Of a DNA stretch of 64,000 bases, positions 35,715 through 63,937 are shown in pieces (the stretch's first letter is position 1; every line of letters starts with the position of its first letter). Location: NCBI RefSeq assembly GCF_009914755.1, contig NC_060927.1; one strand, given 5' to 3'. The notes under the pieces are model-generated. The model did not search any database. It saw nothing but the letters and a program-made list of their open reading frames with translations, and was not told the DNA's origin. The stretch is from the human T2T-CHM13v2.0 reference genome, Homo sapiens. The position numbers and the translations under genes were made by a program.

Positions 35715-36157
35715 TGAAGATGACCTTGTTGTTTTCAAACATTGAGAAGAGGGCATTGCCAAAGAGCCTGGTGGCAGTTTTTAAGAAATATTACTTAATT
35801 GGCAGACCTTATTTGGGAAGACTGTGGTACAGTCTATTGTACTACACTACAGTGTATTGTTTACAGATATAGTGATAAAGGTAGATTTAGTATATAAAAT
35901 TTATTAAATAACACGCTATTAGTAATGCTTGGTTATTCTTTAAAACAATTTAGAGCTAGTTGCTGGAATGGTGATTATAAGTAGGTATGATTTATGTATG
36001 TACAGTTGAACCTTTGAAAAAAAATTTTATCTTATTGTGACATTTTTTATTCTAAGGTTGGTATATATCTTAGAGTACATAAGTGTTTTCCAATCATTGG
36101 CCAGGTGCATGATGGTCATATATCATGTGTTGATGAATTTGGTCATAGTTGTTAACT

Positions 36158-36755
36158 TCTTTTTTTTTGAGACAGGATCCAGCTCTGTGGCCCAGGCTGG
36201 AGTGCAGTGACACAATCTTAGCTTATTGCAACCTCCGCCTCCCAGGCTCAAGCAATCCTCCCACCACAGACTCTTGGGTAGCTAGGACTACAGGCATGCA
36301 CCACCACACCCAGCAAATTTTTTTTTTTTTGTAGAGATGGGGTTTTACCATGTTGCCAGGCTGGTGTCAGACTCTTGGCCTCAAGCAATCTGCCCACCTT
36401 GGCTTCCCAAAGTGCTGGGATTACAGGCATGAGCCACCATACCTGGCTTTTGTTTTGTTTTGTTTTTGAGATAGGGTCTCATGCTATTGCCCAGGCTGGA
36501 GTGCAGGACACAGTGATAGCTCACTGTAGCCTCAGTCTTCCGGGCTCAAGTAATTCTTCTGCCTCAGCCTCTCTAGTAGCTGGGATTACAGGTATGTCAC
36601 ATCATACCCAGGTAATTTTTATTTTTAATATTTTTTTGTAGAGATGTGGTCTCACTGTGTTGTCCAGGTTGGTCTCGAACTCCTGGGCTTGAGCAATCCT
36701 CCCACTTCGACCTCCCAAAGTGCTGGGATTACAGGCGTGAGCCACCATGTCCGGC
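36158..36755 (-). mobile_element. Two tandem antisense Alus
   Basis: Alu consensus. Confidence 0.92.
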
Positions 36756-37919
36756 TAGTTGTTCACAACTTTAAGATTACGTACCAAGTTTAAAATGTAT
36801 AAAGATTATTCTGTGCCTCAGCACTGAAACAAAAAGTTCTTGTTTAAACAGAAAGGCATGGAATTGGAAGTAGGGCATGATTCTGATATTAGTGAAGACA
36901 TGTTAGCTGTTGGAGTAATTATTGCAATTCCATGTTTTCCTGTAAAAGAAACCACCCAGCTGTGAATGGATTACCTACCACACAGCAATGTAACTAAAGA
37001 CAGGAGAAATTGCTTCTCTGAGAGATTTTACAGCAGTGAGAGGCTGGCATGCCTGATTTATGCACCTCATTGTACTGTGGTTAAGGCATTGGGTCAGCAT
37101 TTAATTGTCAGCATTTCTTCCCAGTGTCCCTAAAGTAGAGATGTGTCTTATCAGTGAAGTCTTAGATTAGATGAAATGTAGTTTTAAAAAAGTTAGGGCT
37201 CTTGATCCCCCACCCACAAAAATTGTTTCTCCCCATGTCAGGTTGGCATCGATCTTGACTCATTCCTTTCCCTTACCTATCAGCATCATTTAGCCCCATC
37301 TTTAAGACATGTCTAGAATCAGAACACTTCTTAGCATCAACTCCAGCACGGCCTGATGCCATGCTATTGTCTCAGGGCTTTATTGGCAGCAGCCTGTTTT
37401 TCTTGCTGGTATATAATATAAAGCTGGGTCTTGATGGTGTCTTAGATTTGATGAAATATGCTGTTTATTTTTCCCCATTTTAATAGCATTATATGTTTGT
37501 AGTACAAAACTTAGAAAACATACAAAGCATAAAAACTGCTAGATATTCCATCATCCACAGATAATCACTAGTGATTTTTTGGTTATACCCTTGCAGTCTT
37601 TTCACGCACATGAGCGTGAATACACAAACACTTACTCAAACATAGGTATGGACATACTCTTATGTAACCTGAGTTTTTTTTTTTTTTTTACTTGACAGCT
37701 TAAAGTAATGAATGTCTGCCCATGACATTAAAGTTTCTTCTGTAGCACAATCTCAAGTACGTTTTGTTTGTTTTTTGATTGTAGGGCAGTATGTGGTTTT
37801 CTTTCTGGGCCTGAGGCTCTTTGATGGACTGTGTCTGATGCACTTGGCCCTGTATCCCCAGGGCAAGGCACAAAAAGGTGCTCCGTACATATATTTTTCT
37901 CTCTTTTCTTTTTTCTTTT

Positions 37920-38530
37920 GTGGTAACAGCTTTATTGAGATGTAATTCATATACCGTATATTTTAAACACCTATTTATAGTGTACAATTCAGTGGTTTTT
38001 AAAATACATTCAGAGTTGGATAATTATTACCACAATCAATTTCAGGACATTGTCATCACCCCAAGAAGAAACCCTGTGCCCATTAGCAGTCACTCTGCAT
38101 TTCAACCACAGATACTTCTGCTCTAGGCAATTACCAGGCTACTTTCTGTCTCTGTGGATTTTTTCATTCTGGACATTTCCTAGAAATGGAATCATATAAT
38201 ATGTGATCTTTTGTAACTGGTTGCTTTTACTTAGCATAATGTTGTTAAAGGCTCATCCATGTTGTATCATGAATCAGTACTTTATTCATTTTTATGGCCG
38301 AATAATATTCCAGTGTGTGGATATACCACATCTAGTTTATTCATTGACCAGTTAATAGACACTGGGTCATTTCCACTTTTCGGCTATCATAAATATGCCT
38401 GTATTAATATTTATATGCAAGTTTTTGGGTAGACATATGTTTTCATTTCTCTTTGATTTCTGAGTTAAATGATAACTCGATGTTTAACTTTTAAGGAACT
38501 GACAGACTCTCTTCCAAAGTGGCTGTACCC
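37920..38530 (-). mobile_element. L1M 3' end fragment
   Basis: cagctttattgagatgtaattcatatacc start; aatggaatcatataatatgtg motif. Confidence 0.75.
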
Positions 38531-38689
38531 ATTTATAAATATTTTTTGAATGAAAGAATTCTGTCATGCTGAAAATGCTTTTTATTCAACAAATACTCAT
38601 TTAGAATATGTGGAAAAAGGCAAATAGCAAAGGAATTAAAAATTTAAAATAGAATAATAAAAATGTAAAAAAAGAAACAAAACAAAACA

Positions 38690-39640
38690 AATATTCATCG
38701 AGTACCTATGTGTGAAGCATTGTTTTAGGTGCTAGGAATACATCTGTGGACAGAACAAAAGAAAGACACCTGCCCATATGGGGCTTATATTCTAGTAGAG
38801 GAGATAGACAATAAACATTGTAAATAAGTACACTATGCAGTATGTTAGAAGGCAATACGTGCTATGGAAAAAGTATAACAGGGTAAAGGGGACTGGGATT
38901 GTTGTAGTTTCAAATAGGGTGGTAACAGTAGGCCTCACTGAGGTTAGGAGCTGAGCAGATTTTAAGGAGTTAACTGCATTGATATGTAAGTGGGGAGCAT
39001 TGCAGGCAGAGGGGAACAGCTTATGCAAAGGCTCTCGGTAGGAGAGTGACTGGCCCGATCAGTGAACAAGGAGGATCATTGGAGTAGAGACATGACACGA
39101 TCTGACTTAAAAAGCTCTGTCTGTCAGCTTTGTGGACAAGAGACCGTAGGGGCAATGGTGAAAGAAAGGAGTCTGGTGGGATGAACCTGGGGAGAGAGTT
39201 CTTGGCTCCGCTTTCTCCATCATACCTATGGCCTTGTTTGGCTGCTCTGTGATTTCAGAGTGCTCTTCAAGAATTATGGCTTGATTCTCACTAGGGGCAG
39301 GTGGCTCCCCTCCTTTCCTTCCACTGTTGCTGTGCACCTGTTTGCCAGGTACATTATTCTTAATGTTGGCCAGGCCTGATCTTACCCTGTTGGAGCTGAT
39401 ATTCCAGGAGAGATGTCCGGCAGTAAACAGGGAAATAGGTGATGCAGAGAAAAGTACGGGAGGAGAACTCCCGCATGGTATAGGGATGGATAGTGAAGGA
39501 TCTGGGAGTGGGTATGGAGGTGACATTAGAGCAAGGACCTGAATAAAGAAAGGTGTGACCCCTGTAGAGGTGTGGTTGCAGAACAGAGGGAACATGTGCT
39601 GCATGAGTTGAAGGATCACCCGGAAGGTATGTATTATGTG
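38690..39640 (-). mobile_element. L2 relics
   Basis: tattcatcgagtacctatgtgtgaagcattgttttaggtgct resembles the antisense L2 3' end. Confidence 0.65.
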
Positions 39641-39729
39641 GCATTACATCCTCAGTGGAGGGTGCAGAGAACAGAGCTATCAGCACGGTCTGCTACTGAC
39701 ATGCCCTAGAAGGGCGCAGTCAGGCATGA

Positions 39730-39951
<222 letters not shown>

Positions 39952-40226
39952 TAGCTTGCCTTTCTCTGCCCTGACAGGACCCCCAGGGTCTGCCTTGTTG
40001 GGCAAGTTGCAGCAGAGTGTGGTAGAGTGGCTCCCAGGTGTGGGGATGATGTCATGTTTGGCTATAGGAGCAAAGAAAGATGATTTTATTTTCCTTTTTC
40101 CTCTCTGTAATATCTAATGTATATCTTGGTGGTGAAGAGTGGCCCAAAACAGTTTTAAAGAAAAATTTTTTGATTTCTAAGAAACTCTCAAGTTATCTAG
40201 AATTAGAGATTCAAGTTTTTTTTGGT

Positions 40227-40450
40227 CTGGCCTAGTCCCCATGAAGAAGTCTCCCATTTCCTTTCCTTCCCCTCACCCACAAAAGGAAGAGCCATGATTC
40301 TTCTTATGCTGACTATACCTGGCTTTTTTCTGTCTAAAGTGACTGGTTCCTGGGCTCTACCTAGTTGTCCTTTTGAAATAAATAAATGTAAAATGATGCA
40401 AACAGCATGCCCTTTAGGAAACATGTTTATGCATACTGCTTATAGCCAGA
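40227..40450 (+). pseudogene. Degenerate duplicate of exon 9 and its upstream intron (ghost exon)
   Basis: 40299-40343 matches 42828-42872 at 41/45 nt; similarity extends upstream (40227 vs 42760) and, more weakly, across the exon body. Confidence 0.85.
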
Positions 40451-41024
40451 GGCTGGGACAGTCCTGGGGAAGGGTGTGTTGCTGGCCATCTGGTGAAGAC
40501 CTTTCCTTTTGCTGTTGGAGTCTACCACCTGTTGTGGAGGCACCATAGAGTAAAGTGGAGGCCCTGCCCAGGAACTGCTCCACACCTCTAGCCGTTCCAT
40601 TTTATTTCCTCTCCAAATTATAAGCACTCACTTGGCCTGGACTTTCTTCTGCAGAAGGGATTTGAAATTGTATTGTTTGGGAAGAGGTCATTTTCAGATG
40701 CTATCCTGTAGCTTAAACCTGGACTCCTTCCTGTGGGGCCTGGTCTGGGCCAGGGATGCTCTGAAGAGTTGTGTTGCCAGGGCCTCACTCTGTCTGCCTC
40801 TGCCCACTCCACAAGGGACATACCCAGTGGCCCACTGTGTGTAGTCATGGAGGGGAGAGTGGTCACAAGGTCCAGAGCTGTGGGTATAGCCTTTCTGAGT
40901 ATACAGTTTGGAGTTCCTGAAGGGTTTAGGACATCACTTGAAGGTATTATGGCCCAGGAGCCCAGAAATGTCTGCATAGCCCGCTTTGGCCCAGCTATAC
41001 CTCTTCTGCATATGATTCCAAGGG

Positions 41025-42030
41025 AGATATATATCCATATATATGTATACATATATATATGCATGTGTATATGCGTATATATGTATACGTGTATGTGTAT
41101 ATACATATGTTCATGTGTGCATATGTACGTATATGCATATATATGTATACATACATGTATACATATTTGTGCATACACACATACACATGCATACATATGC
41201 ATGCATAGGTATATATGCATATGTATGTATATGTATGCTTATGTATATGCATATGTATGTATATGTATGCTTATGTATATATGCATATGTATGCATGTGT
41301 ATGTATAGGTATGCATGTGTATGTATGTATATGCATGTGTATGTATAGGTATGCATGTGTATGTATGTATATGCATGTGTATAGGTATGCATGTGTATGT
41401 ATGTATATGCATGTGTATGTATAGGTATGCATGTGTATGTATGTATATGCATGTGTATGTATAGGTATGCATGTGTATGTATGTATATGCATGTGTATGT
41501 ATAGGTATGCATGTGTATGTATGTATATGCATGTGTATGTATAGGTATGCATGTGTATGTATGTATATGCATGTGTATGTATAGGTATGCATGTGTGTGT
41601 ATGTATAGGTATGCATGTGTATGTATGTATATGCATGTGTATGTATAGGTATGCATGTGTATGTATGTATATGCATGTGTATGTATATGCATGCATATGT
41701 ATGTATATGCATGCATGTGTATGTACGTATATGCGTACATATGTATGCATGTATATGTATGCATATGTATATGTATACGCATATGCATACATATATACAT
41801 GTATGCATGTATACACACATGCATGTGTATATATGCATACCCACACATATGCATGTGTACACGCCCACACATGCATATATGCATGCCCACACACATGCAT
41901 ATCAACACATATATGCATATACGCATATCTACACATATACATACATGCATATCTACACGTGTATATATGTATATCTACACATGTGTTCACATACATATAT
42001 ACACATATGTATATGTGTATATATGTATGA
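41025..42030. repeat. ~1-kb alternating purine-pyrimidine repeat with a 40-bp minisatellite core
   Basis: Core 41291-~41690 alternates atgcatgtgtatgtataggt and atgcatgtgtatgtatgtat. Confidence 0.95.
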
Positions 42031-42866
42031 CAAGTAAAAAGGGAGGACTTTATTAGCAGATGGGGCTACCCTTAGTTTTCTTTCCAGCGTAGAGCTTTTT
42101 GCGAAGTTGGGCTTGATGGACACATGGCCTGACCCAAGGCCAAACCTCAGCCCAGGAGTACGTCTCAGGGTCACTGTAGCCCCTGGCTGCCCACACTGGG
42201 AAGGAGGGAATGAAAGCCTATTGGAGAGAAGAGGTTGGAGAGGGGCAAGTTGCTGGGTCCTCCTGTAGAGTGGGAGTGGGCTCTGGCTTAGTTTTTCTGC
42301 TGAGACACTTGGATGCAGGAGGAAGGAGAGAGTCCATGAGCCTGCATGTGACAGGTTCTGTGGTGATTTTGCCCAGAGGGCCTGCAGTTTTGCTTTTTGA
42401 AGGAGCTTTAGCAGATTAACCTAACAGGGAATGTGAACCCACAGTGGTTTATGCAGAGCTCTGCCTTTGCATTTCCAAGTCCTTGTTCTTTTAATGTTCC
42501 AGGAAGTTGGGCTGGGCTCTCCCAGGGCTGTGTCTTGTTCACTATAATGTCCTTCAGTGCCCTACACGGTACCTAGAATGTAGGAGGTATTCAGAGAAGA
42601 TAAATGAAAGAATAACGTTTAGAGGAATAAACTCATTTTTTCCTCTAAAAGAGAACCAGAAGATCTTTTGGATTGATACTTGTCCCAGGTTCAGTTAATA
42701 TGGTGGTTAAAAAGGAATGACTCTTTGGTGACTGCTTTGTAAGCCCAGCAGGGACAGAACTGGCCCAGTCCCTATGACGTGTCACCCCATTTCCTTTCCC
42801 ACCCCATTCCCACAAAAGGTAACTGGCTCTTCCTATGTTGACTATACCTGCCTTTTTTCTGCCTAA

Positions 42867-43103
<237 letters not shown>

Positions 43104-44347
43104 TAGTGTGTTCTGGAAAGACCTAGTGGCTATAGATACCCTAGTGGCACAGATGGACTTGAGGGCTGGAGATAGGAGTAGTAAGGGCCAGCAGAGCTCA
43201 GGAGTCTTTAGAAGGCCCTCTGAGGATCATAAATTAGGGGCCATGTCCACAGAGTCTAGAGTGAGGCCAGAGTGATCATTGTTAAGTATCATTGGGGCCC
43301 TCTGCTCAGAGGGGGTTTTGTCTTTATAGAGAAGAGAGTACACAGGGCATCCTAGAAGGTTGGACTGTGTGTGTGGAGGTCCGTGGGAGACAGGAGCCAT
43401 TTGTACCTTTTTTTGGTACAGCAGATTCCTGGGTCATTAAGTAAAGGGGACAGTGTTGGGCAAACTGAAGGCATCTGTAGATGGCCAATGCCTTCCTTAA
43501 GGGTACACTGTGCTCTCGGTAGTCCTTGTGCAACACACCGTGATGGCTCTCTGGTAACTCTAGAAGTCAGATTCTCCCTCTTCCCTAGGGTTTGCTGTTT
43601 TCTGTTATTGTTTTTGTCTTTTTTATTCTTGTAGTCTCTTCCTGCACCAAGGATTAGCCTGAGATGTAACCTTAAGGTCTTCCTTAGGTCTTTTCTGAGC
43701 CTTTGCAGGGGCACGTGCAATCACTTTCTAATTTTCCCTGCATATGCAGTTGTTTTTGAGTGTCCTAGTTGTTAACGTCTGGCTCCCAAAAGTAGAAAAA
43801 GAGAAAAAAAATGAAGATGGTAAAAAGATGTCAGCCCTTTAAATTCCTTGGAAGTCAGTTCAGCCCAAAGCAGGAGAGCCTCGCAACAGTGTGGGGAGTT
43901 GTAGCAACAGTGACCACCCATCTCTTTGCACCTCTGTGATCAGAAGCAGCAGTCAGCAAGCACAGATTCTCCATATTTGGAGGACAGGGTCCTTTTATGC
44001 CCACCCCGGCATATAAGTACTATATGTTTAGTTTCAGAAAAAAATGCAACTGAAAAATGGGAGGAGAAGAGAGGGGAAGAATATTGCAGAATCAGCTCAC
44101 TGATTATTGTTAGCTAACAGATATCATTAAAAACAAACTAGTTAATAAAAGATTAAGGAAATGAACTAAAGGCATCAAAAGGCATAATTACAAAGGTAAC
44201 CACTAGACTAAAAAATACAAACATTCTTTAATACTACTCACATAAACAGTATATATCATTGTGGGTAATGATAAAGGGGAAAAATAAAAAAAAAGGTAAA
44301 AGACAATAAATATAGAATACATAGTAATTATAAAAAATAATATGACA

Positions 44348-48460
<4,113 letters not shown>

Positions 48461-48801
48461 CATTAAAATAGACTTGAACAAATGGAAAGACATTCCTTGT
48501 TCCTGGGGTTAATGTTATTAACAAACTGGTGATTCTTAAGTTGTTCTATAAATTTAAGGCAATCCCAATAAACAGTTTTTAAAAACTAGAACTAGATAAG
48601 TTTATACAAAAGTGCACATGGAAAAATAAAAGTGCAAGAATACCTAAGAATATACTGCAAAAGAAAAGCTGTAAGTGGGGACTAGCCATGCTTTATATTA
48701 CAGCATCCTATAGTTAAAACTGTGGTACAGGCACATAAATAGACCAGTGGAATAGAATAAAAGAGCCAGAAATAGACTCAAGTACATACAGAATTTTAGT
48801 A

Positions 48802-49127
48802 CAGTCACGCGTTGCGTAACAACAGGGATGTGTTCTGAGAAATGCATCATTAGGCAGTTTCTTTGTGCGACCATCATAGAGTGTACTTCCACAAACCTAG
48901 ATGGTATAACCTATTACACACCTAGGATCTGTGGTATAGTCTGTTGCTCTTAGGCTGCAAACCTGTATAGCACGTTACTGTACCAAACACTGTATGCAGT
49001 TGTAACACAATGGTAAGTATGTATCTAAACATAAAAAGGGTACAGTAAAAATAGGGTATTACAATAGGACCACCTTCCTATAGGCAGTTTGTCATTGACC
49101 AGAACCTCTTTGTGTAGTGCCCAACTG
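48802..49127. mobile_element. Tigger3-type (TcMar-Tigger) non-autonomous DNA transposon
   Basis: TA|cagtca ... aactg|TA termini; gttctgagaaatgcatcattagg and acaaacctagatgg motifs. Confidence 0.85.
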
Positions 49128-51042
49128 TATATGATAATGATATTTTATCAAATCTCAGGGGCAAAAATTACCTTTTAATAAATGATGCTGGGGCAACTGA
49201 CTAGCCATTTAGGAAAATATAAAATTAGATTCATACTTTACACCATGTACAAAAATAAACTACAAATGGGTCAGAAAACTAAATATAATCTGTGAATCCA
49301 TACAAGCACTAAAAGAAAACACAGATGAATTCCTCTGAAACCTTAGGGGAAGGTTTAGAAATGCTTTTGAACTGTAACTCAACTAGTTTCAGTGAAAGAT
49401 AGACAAAGCTGACTGTGAAAATTTTAAAATCCCACTCTTCATAGCAAAAAACTATAAATAAAATCAAAAGGCAACCAATATGCTAGAAGAAACTCTTGGC
49501 AGCATGTATCCCAGAGTATGAATATTCTTAATAAAGAGCTCTTATGCTGAGGGATTAACAACCAAAATTGATAGAAAAGTGGGCAAAAAACCACGGATAG
49601 ATAGCTCACAAAAAAGATATAAAATGGACCTTAAACATGTCAAAAGATTTTCAACTTCATACATAATGCTAGAAATACAAATTCAAATTACACTGAGTAT
49701 TTTCTCATATGTTAGATTGGCTAAAAATAAAAACCCCGAAAACACTTTCCATTGGAAAGTCAGTGGAGAAGCAGGCACTCCTGTGCATTGCTGGTAGGGG
49801 ACTCTGGTATTATCCAGGACTAAATTAGCATTTGCCCTTTAACTCAGCAATCCCATTCCTAGCAATTTACCCTGAAGATACACTTCCCACCATACAAAAT
49901 TATAGATGTACGAGGTTACGACCATTACGTTGTCATTTGTAATTGCGAGATACTCTAAATAACCTAAATGTAAATTTTAAAATAATGTAAGCCACGTGTA
50001 GATTGGTTGAATAAACTTTGGTACATCACACAGTACAGTACTATGCAGAAGTGAAAAAGAATGATGATCTCTATGAACTGATAGGAAGTGATTCCCAGGA
50101 CATATTAAGTGAAAAAATTCAAAGTGCAAGAGTGTCTGTACTGTTACTTTCCATGTAAGAAGGGTAAATTAAAAGATACAAATGCAAACACACACATAAT
50201 ACATCAGAAAATAATGAGATTAATAACAGGGTAGGTGGGACTAGGGTGGAAGGGATGGGGAAGGAACACTATTAAACTGTATTAGTATTTTACATATTAA
50301 AAAATAAAATCAAGACTGGGGAAAACCTTTAAAATGAAATACAAACATGAACCTGTTTTAAATGAGTGTCTTTTGAACCTATATTTTGACTATATACCTT
50401 TAATCTAAAGACCAAAATAGCTGTAAAAAAATTCTAGCTAGTAGGTCTGTTTTTTGTAGCTAAGTTAGCAGTTCTGAAACCATTTTCTCTGTATTTGAGG
50501 ATCGAATAAATAAGTACATTTTGAGGGTAGTAGCAGCCAGATTCTGCTATCGGAGAAGGGAGTTGTGAATATGGCAAGAGAAAAAAATCTAGAATGAACC
50601 CTATAGTTGCACTGGAGTAGGATTAGAATTATCAGCATGAACTCATGGTTTTTCATATAGCTGGACTTTGGACGTTTTAGAAGGAGTCACACACACACAC
50701 ACATCCCTAAAAGGAACCCAGGCCTTTTGGAGAAATGGCTGATTGTAGGGCTGGGGCAGGAAAGAAACCAAGATGAACCAGAAAGTAAGATACTTCCAAA
50801 ATATAAGGTAGTGCTCAAAGAATGATGGGGACACTTTAGAAGGACACAGGAACCAGCATGAAGGAACTTTGGTAAATATAGGACAATTTAAACATAAAAT
50901 GATGGTGAAAGATTATAATCCATAGAATAAAACAATCTATAAGTTCATATTGATACCTATAAGTAAATGGGAAAGGCAAAGATCTTTCTTGTGGTAGATG
51001 TCAGCTAATAAATGGAGAAGAAAAGTGGAATTGGAAAACTCA

Positions 51043-53270
<2,228 letters not shown>

Positions 53271-53517
53271 TGACATTTTTATTTAGGTTGGAAATAATTT
53301 CAAAGTGAAAAGGTAAAGTTGTCACAAAAATTCCACACTCAAATAGGACTTTTAAAACAAACTTCATTGGTGTGTCCATCTTAGCAGCAGTTGAGGTTTT
53401 CCACACCATTTCTCCCCAGCAGGGAGGAGGTGCTGCCTCTGCCTGTTGTCCTGCTTCCTTGGAGAACCTGTGATAGAGCTGGAGCTGTCTACCTCTACCT
53501 CTGTAATTCTGTAATAG

Positions 53518-53736
<219 letters not shown>

Positions 53737-53860
53737 TAAGCCTTGGTTTTGGGGTTGGAGGCCAGGGAAGCCTGGGTCCATGGTATCCTTTCTGTCTTTT
53801 GCCTGTTCTTCAGACATGGCCTTCCATGACCAGAGGAAAAAATCTAAATGGTTGTTATAA

Positions 53861-54188
<328 letters not shown>

Positions 54189-54715
54189 ATAAAAGCTACT
54201 TTTAATATCTCAAAATGCTTCTTTCATACTCCTTTTCAAAGGTTTATAGGAAACTTACATTCTTAGTGTATAAGGTTTTCAATTTTTTAGGGGTCAGTTT
54301 TCTGTTCCCCCCTACCCCCAGCTAAATATATGACTCACCCACTAATCATGAGCTCCATGAGGGCAGGGGTGGTGATGTCGTATTCACAGTAGTATCTCCA
54401 GTGCCTTCAACAGTGCCAGGCACATAGATGGTACGTGACAAGTTAATGGCATCTTACCATGTCTGTGCCCCACAGCTTTCTGGTGATATGGCCAGACCTG
54501 ATTCGCAGCCAAGTGAGGGAGACTCTTCCATGGCTGTGCTCTGGGAGGGATTGGGAGTGCTGGGGTGGGGACTGTGAATACCACTTCTCTCCTCAATATT
54601 TTTCCTCTTAGATTTGTTTTGTATCCTTGTTTAGGAAGAATCTGTCTTTCTTCATGACCTAACCTCATCTTATTTCTGCCATGGAAATTTTTTATTGTCT
54701 TTAGAAAACTGTTTT

Positions 54716-55032
54716 GGCTGGGTGTGGTGCCTCACGCCTGTAATCCCAGCACTTTGGGAGGCCAAGGCGGGTGGATCACGAGGTCTGGAGTTAGAGACCA
54801 TCCTAGCCAACATGGTGAAACCCTGTCTCTACTAAAAATACAAAATACAAAAAATGAGCTGGGCGTGGTGGCACGTGCCTGTAGTCCAGCTACTTGGGAG
54901 GCTGAGGCAGGAGAATTGCTTGAGCCGGGGAGGAGGAGGTTGTTGCAGTGAGCCGGGGATTGTGTCACTGCCCGGGAGGCAGAAGTTACAGTGAGCCGAG
55001 ATCACGCCACTGCATGACAGAGTGACACTGTC
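54716..55032 (+). mobile_element. Alu with an internal tandem duplication in the right arm
   Basis: The cc(g)gggagg...cagtgagcc...cactgc segment occurs twice (~54924-54971 and ~54971-55013). Confidence 0.85.
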
Positions 55033-62769
<7,737 letters not shown>

Positions 62770-62949
62770 TACTGTTTTTGTATATATTGCTGGACTTGAT
62801 AATGTGCCTTACTTAAAAAGTAAAAATTTTTCATTTATGTTTTTGGTCTGTATTCTTTTCTGATGATGGTCCTTGTCTTGCTTTGGTATTGGGGTAATAC
62901 TGGTCTCATAGAATTAAGTTGGAAACTCTTCTAGGAGGGGAGATTTACT

Positions 62950-63135
62950 AGTAATTGAGCTCCTACTCTGTGCTGCTTTATAGATTCCATTTCCTTTACT
63001 CCTTGGAACTATGCTAGGAGGCAGTATCGTCCCTACTTTGCAGGTAAGGAACCTTAGGTCAAAAGGCAAAGTAATTTCTCAAGGGCACGTTGCCATCATC
63101 AGTGGAGCCAGAATCTGATTGGAAGCTCTGAGGAC
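62950..63135 (-). mobile_element. MIR relic
   Basis: ccctactttgcaggtaaggaaccttagg...aagtaatttctcaagggcac resembles antisense MIR. Confidence 0.6.
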
Positions 63136-63460
63136 TCTCTAAGACCAGCCCTTGAATGCTGCCTCCCACTGATGGCTCCCTGCGGCAAGGCCGGCTGTGT
63201 CTCAGCTGGCGGCAGCCCTTTGGTCTGTAGTGAGTCTGTAGTAGTCTAGTTCTGGGCCTCTTTGGCCAGTGACAGACAGGTGGATTCTTCATCTTCCCTG
63301 TTTCCTGGAGTTTGAGGGGTCCTTGTTACCATTCTGCAACAAAGAAGTGTTGGTGCCTCCACAGAAACCAGCTTTGGATGGCTGCTGAGGACAAATCCCC
63401 ATTGTGGATAGAACTGGGAATTGCCTGGATACTCAGTATGGATAATCTCTCTCTTTCTAG

Positions 63461-63568
63461 GATGCTTGGATATTAATTCATCTGTGAAAGGGGCTCGTTT
63501 TGTCAGATTCTGTGATGCATTCAATATTCCACTCATCACTTTTGTTGATGTCCCTGGCTTTCTACCTG
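63461..63568 (+). CDS. PCCB: PCCB exon 11 (108 nt), (G)[35 protein letters not shown](G)
   Basis: ctctttctAG acceptor, CTG|gtaagt donor. Confidence 0.98.
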
Positions 63569-63766
63569 GTAAGTTTTTGACAGAGTGGGGGCTAGGAGAG
63601 TTGCCTTTCCCAGTAAGGTGCCCACTTTATTTGGAGATCTTCTTGCAGAACTCCCCGAGGACTTGTGACTTCTCCATGTATTCTGGGTGTCCAGAAGATA
63701 GGGCTGTGTAAGGAATGGCCCTCTCCAGAGGTGGGAAAGACCTCACAGCTGAGAGTGGCAGGATAA

Positions 63767-63937
<171 letters not shown>

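Noticed and set aside
39107-39686. 170-aa and 108-aa minus-strand ORFs
   Set aside because: They lie in decayed L2 sequence, with no recognisable domain or splice structure
41291-41690. Regular repeat resembling a CRISPR array
   Set aside because: No unique spacers, no cas genes, human intronic context; it is a minisatellite
40618-42174. Many long overlapping ORFs (up to 279 aa) rich in H/T/Y/M/C/V/I
   Set aside because: Alternating purine-pyrimidine sequence cannot form TAA, TAG or TGA, so every frame stays open; there is no sign of coding
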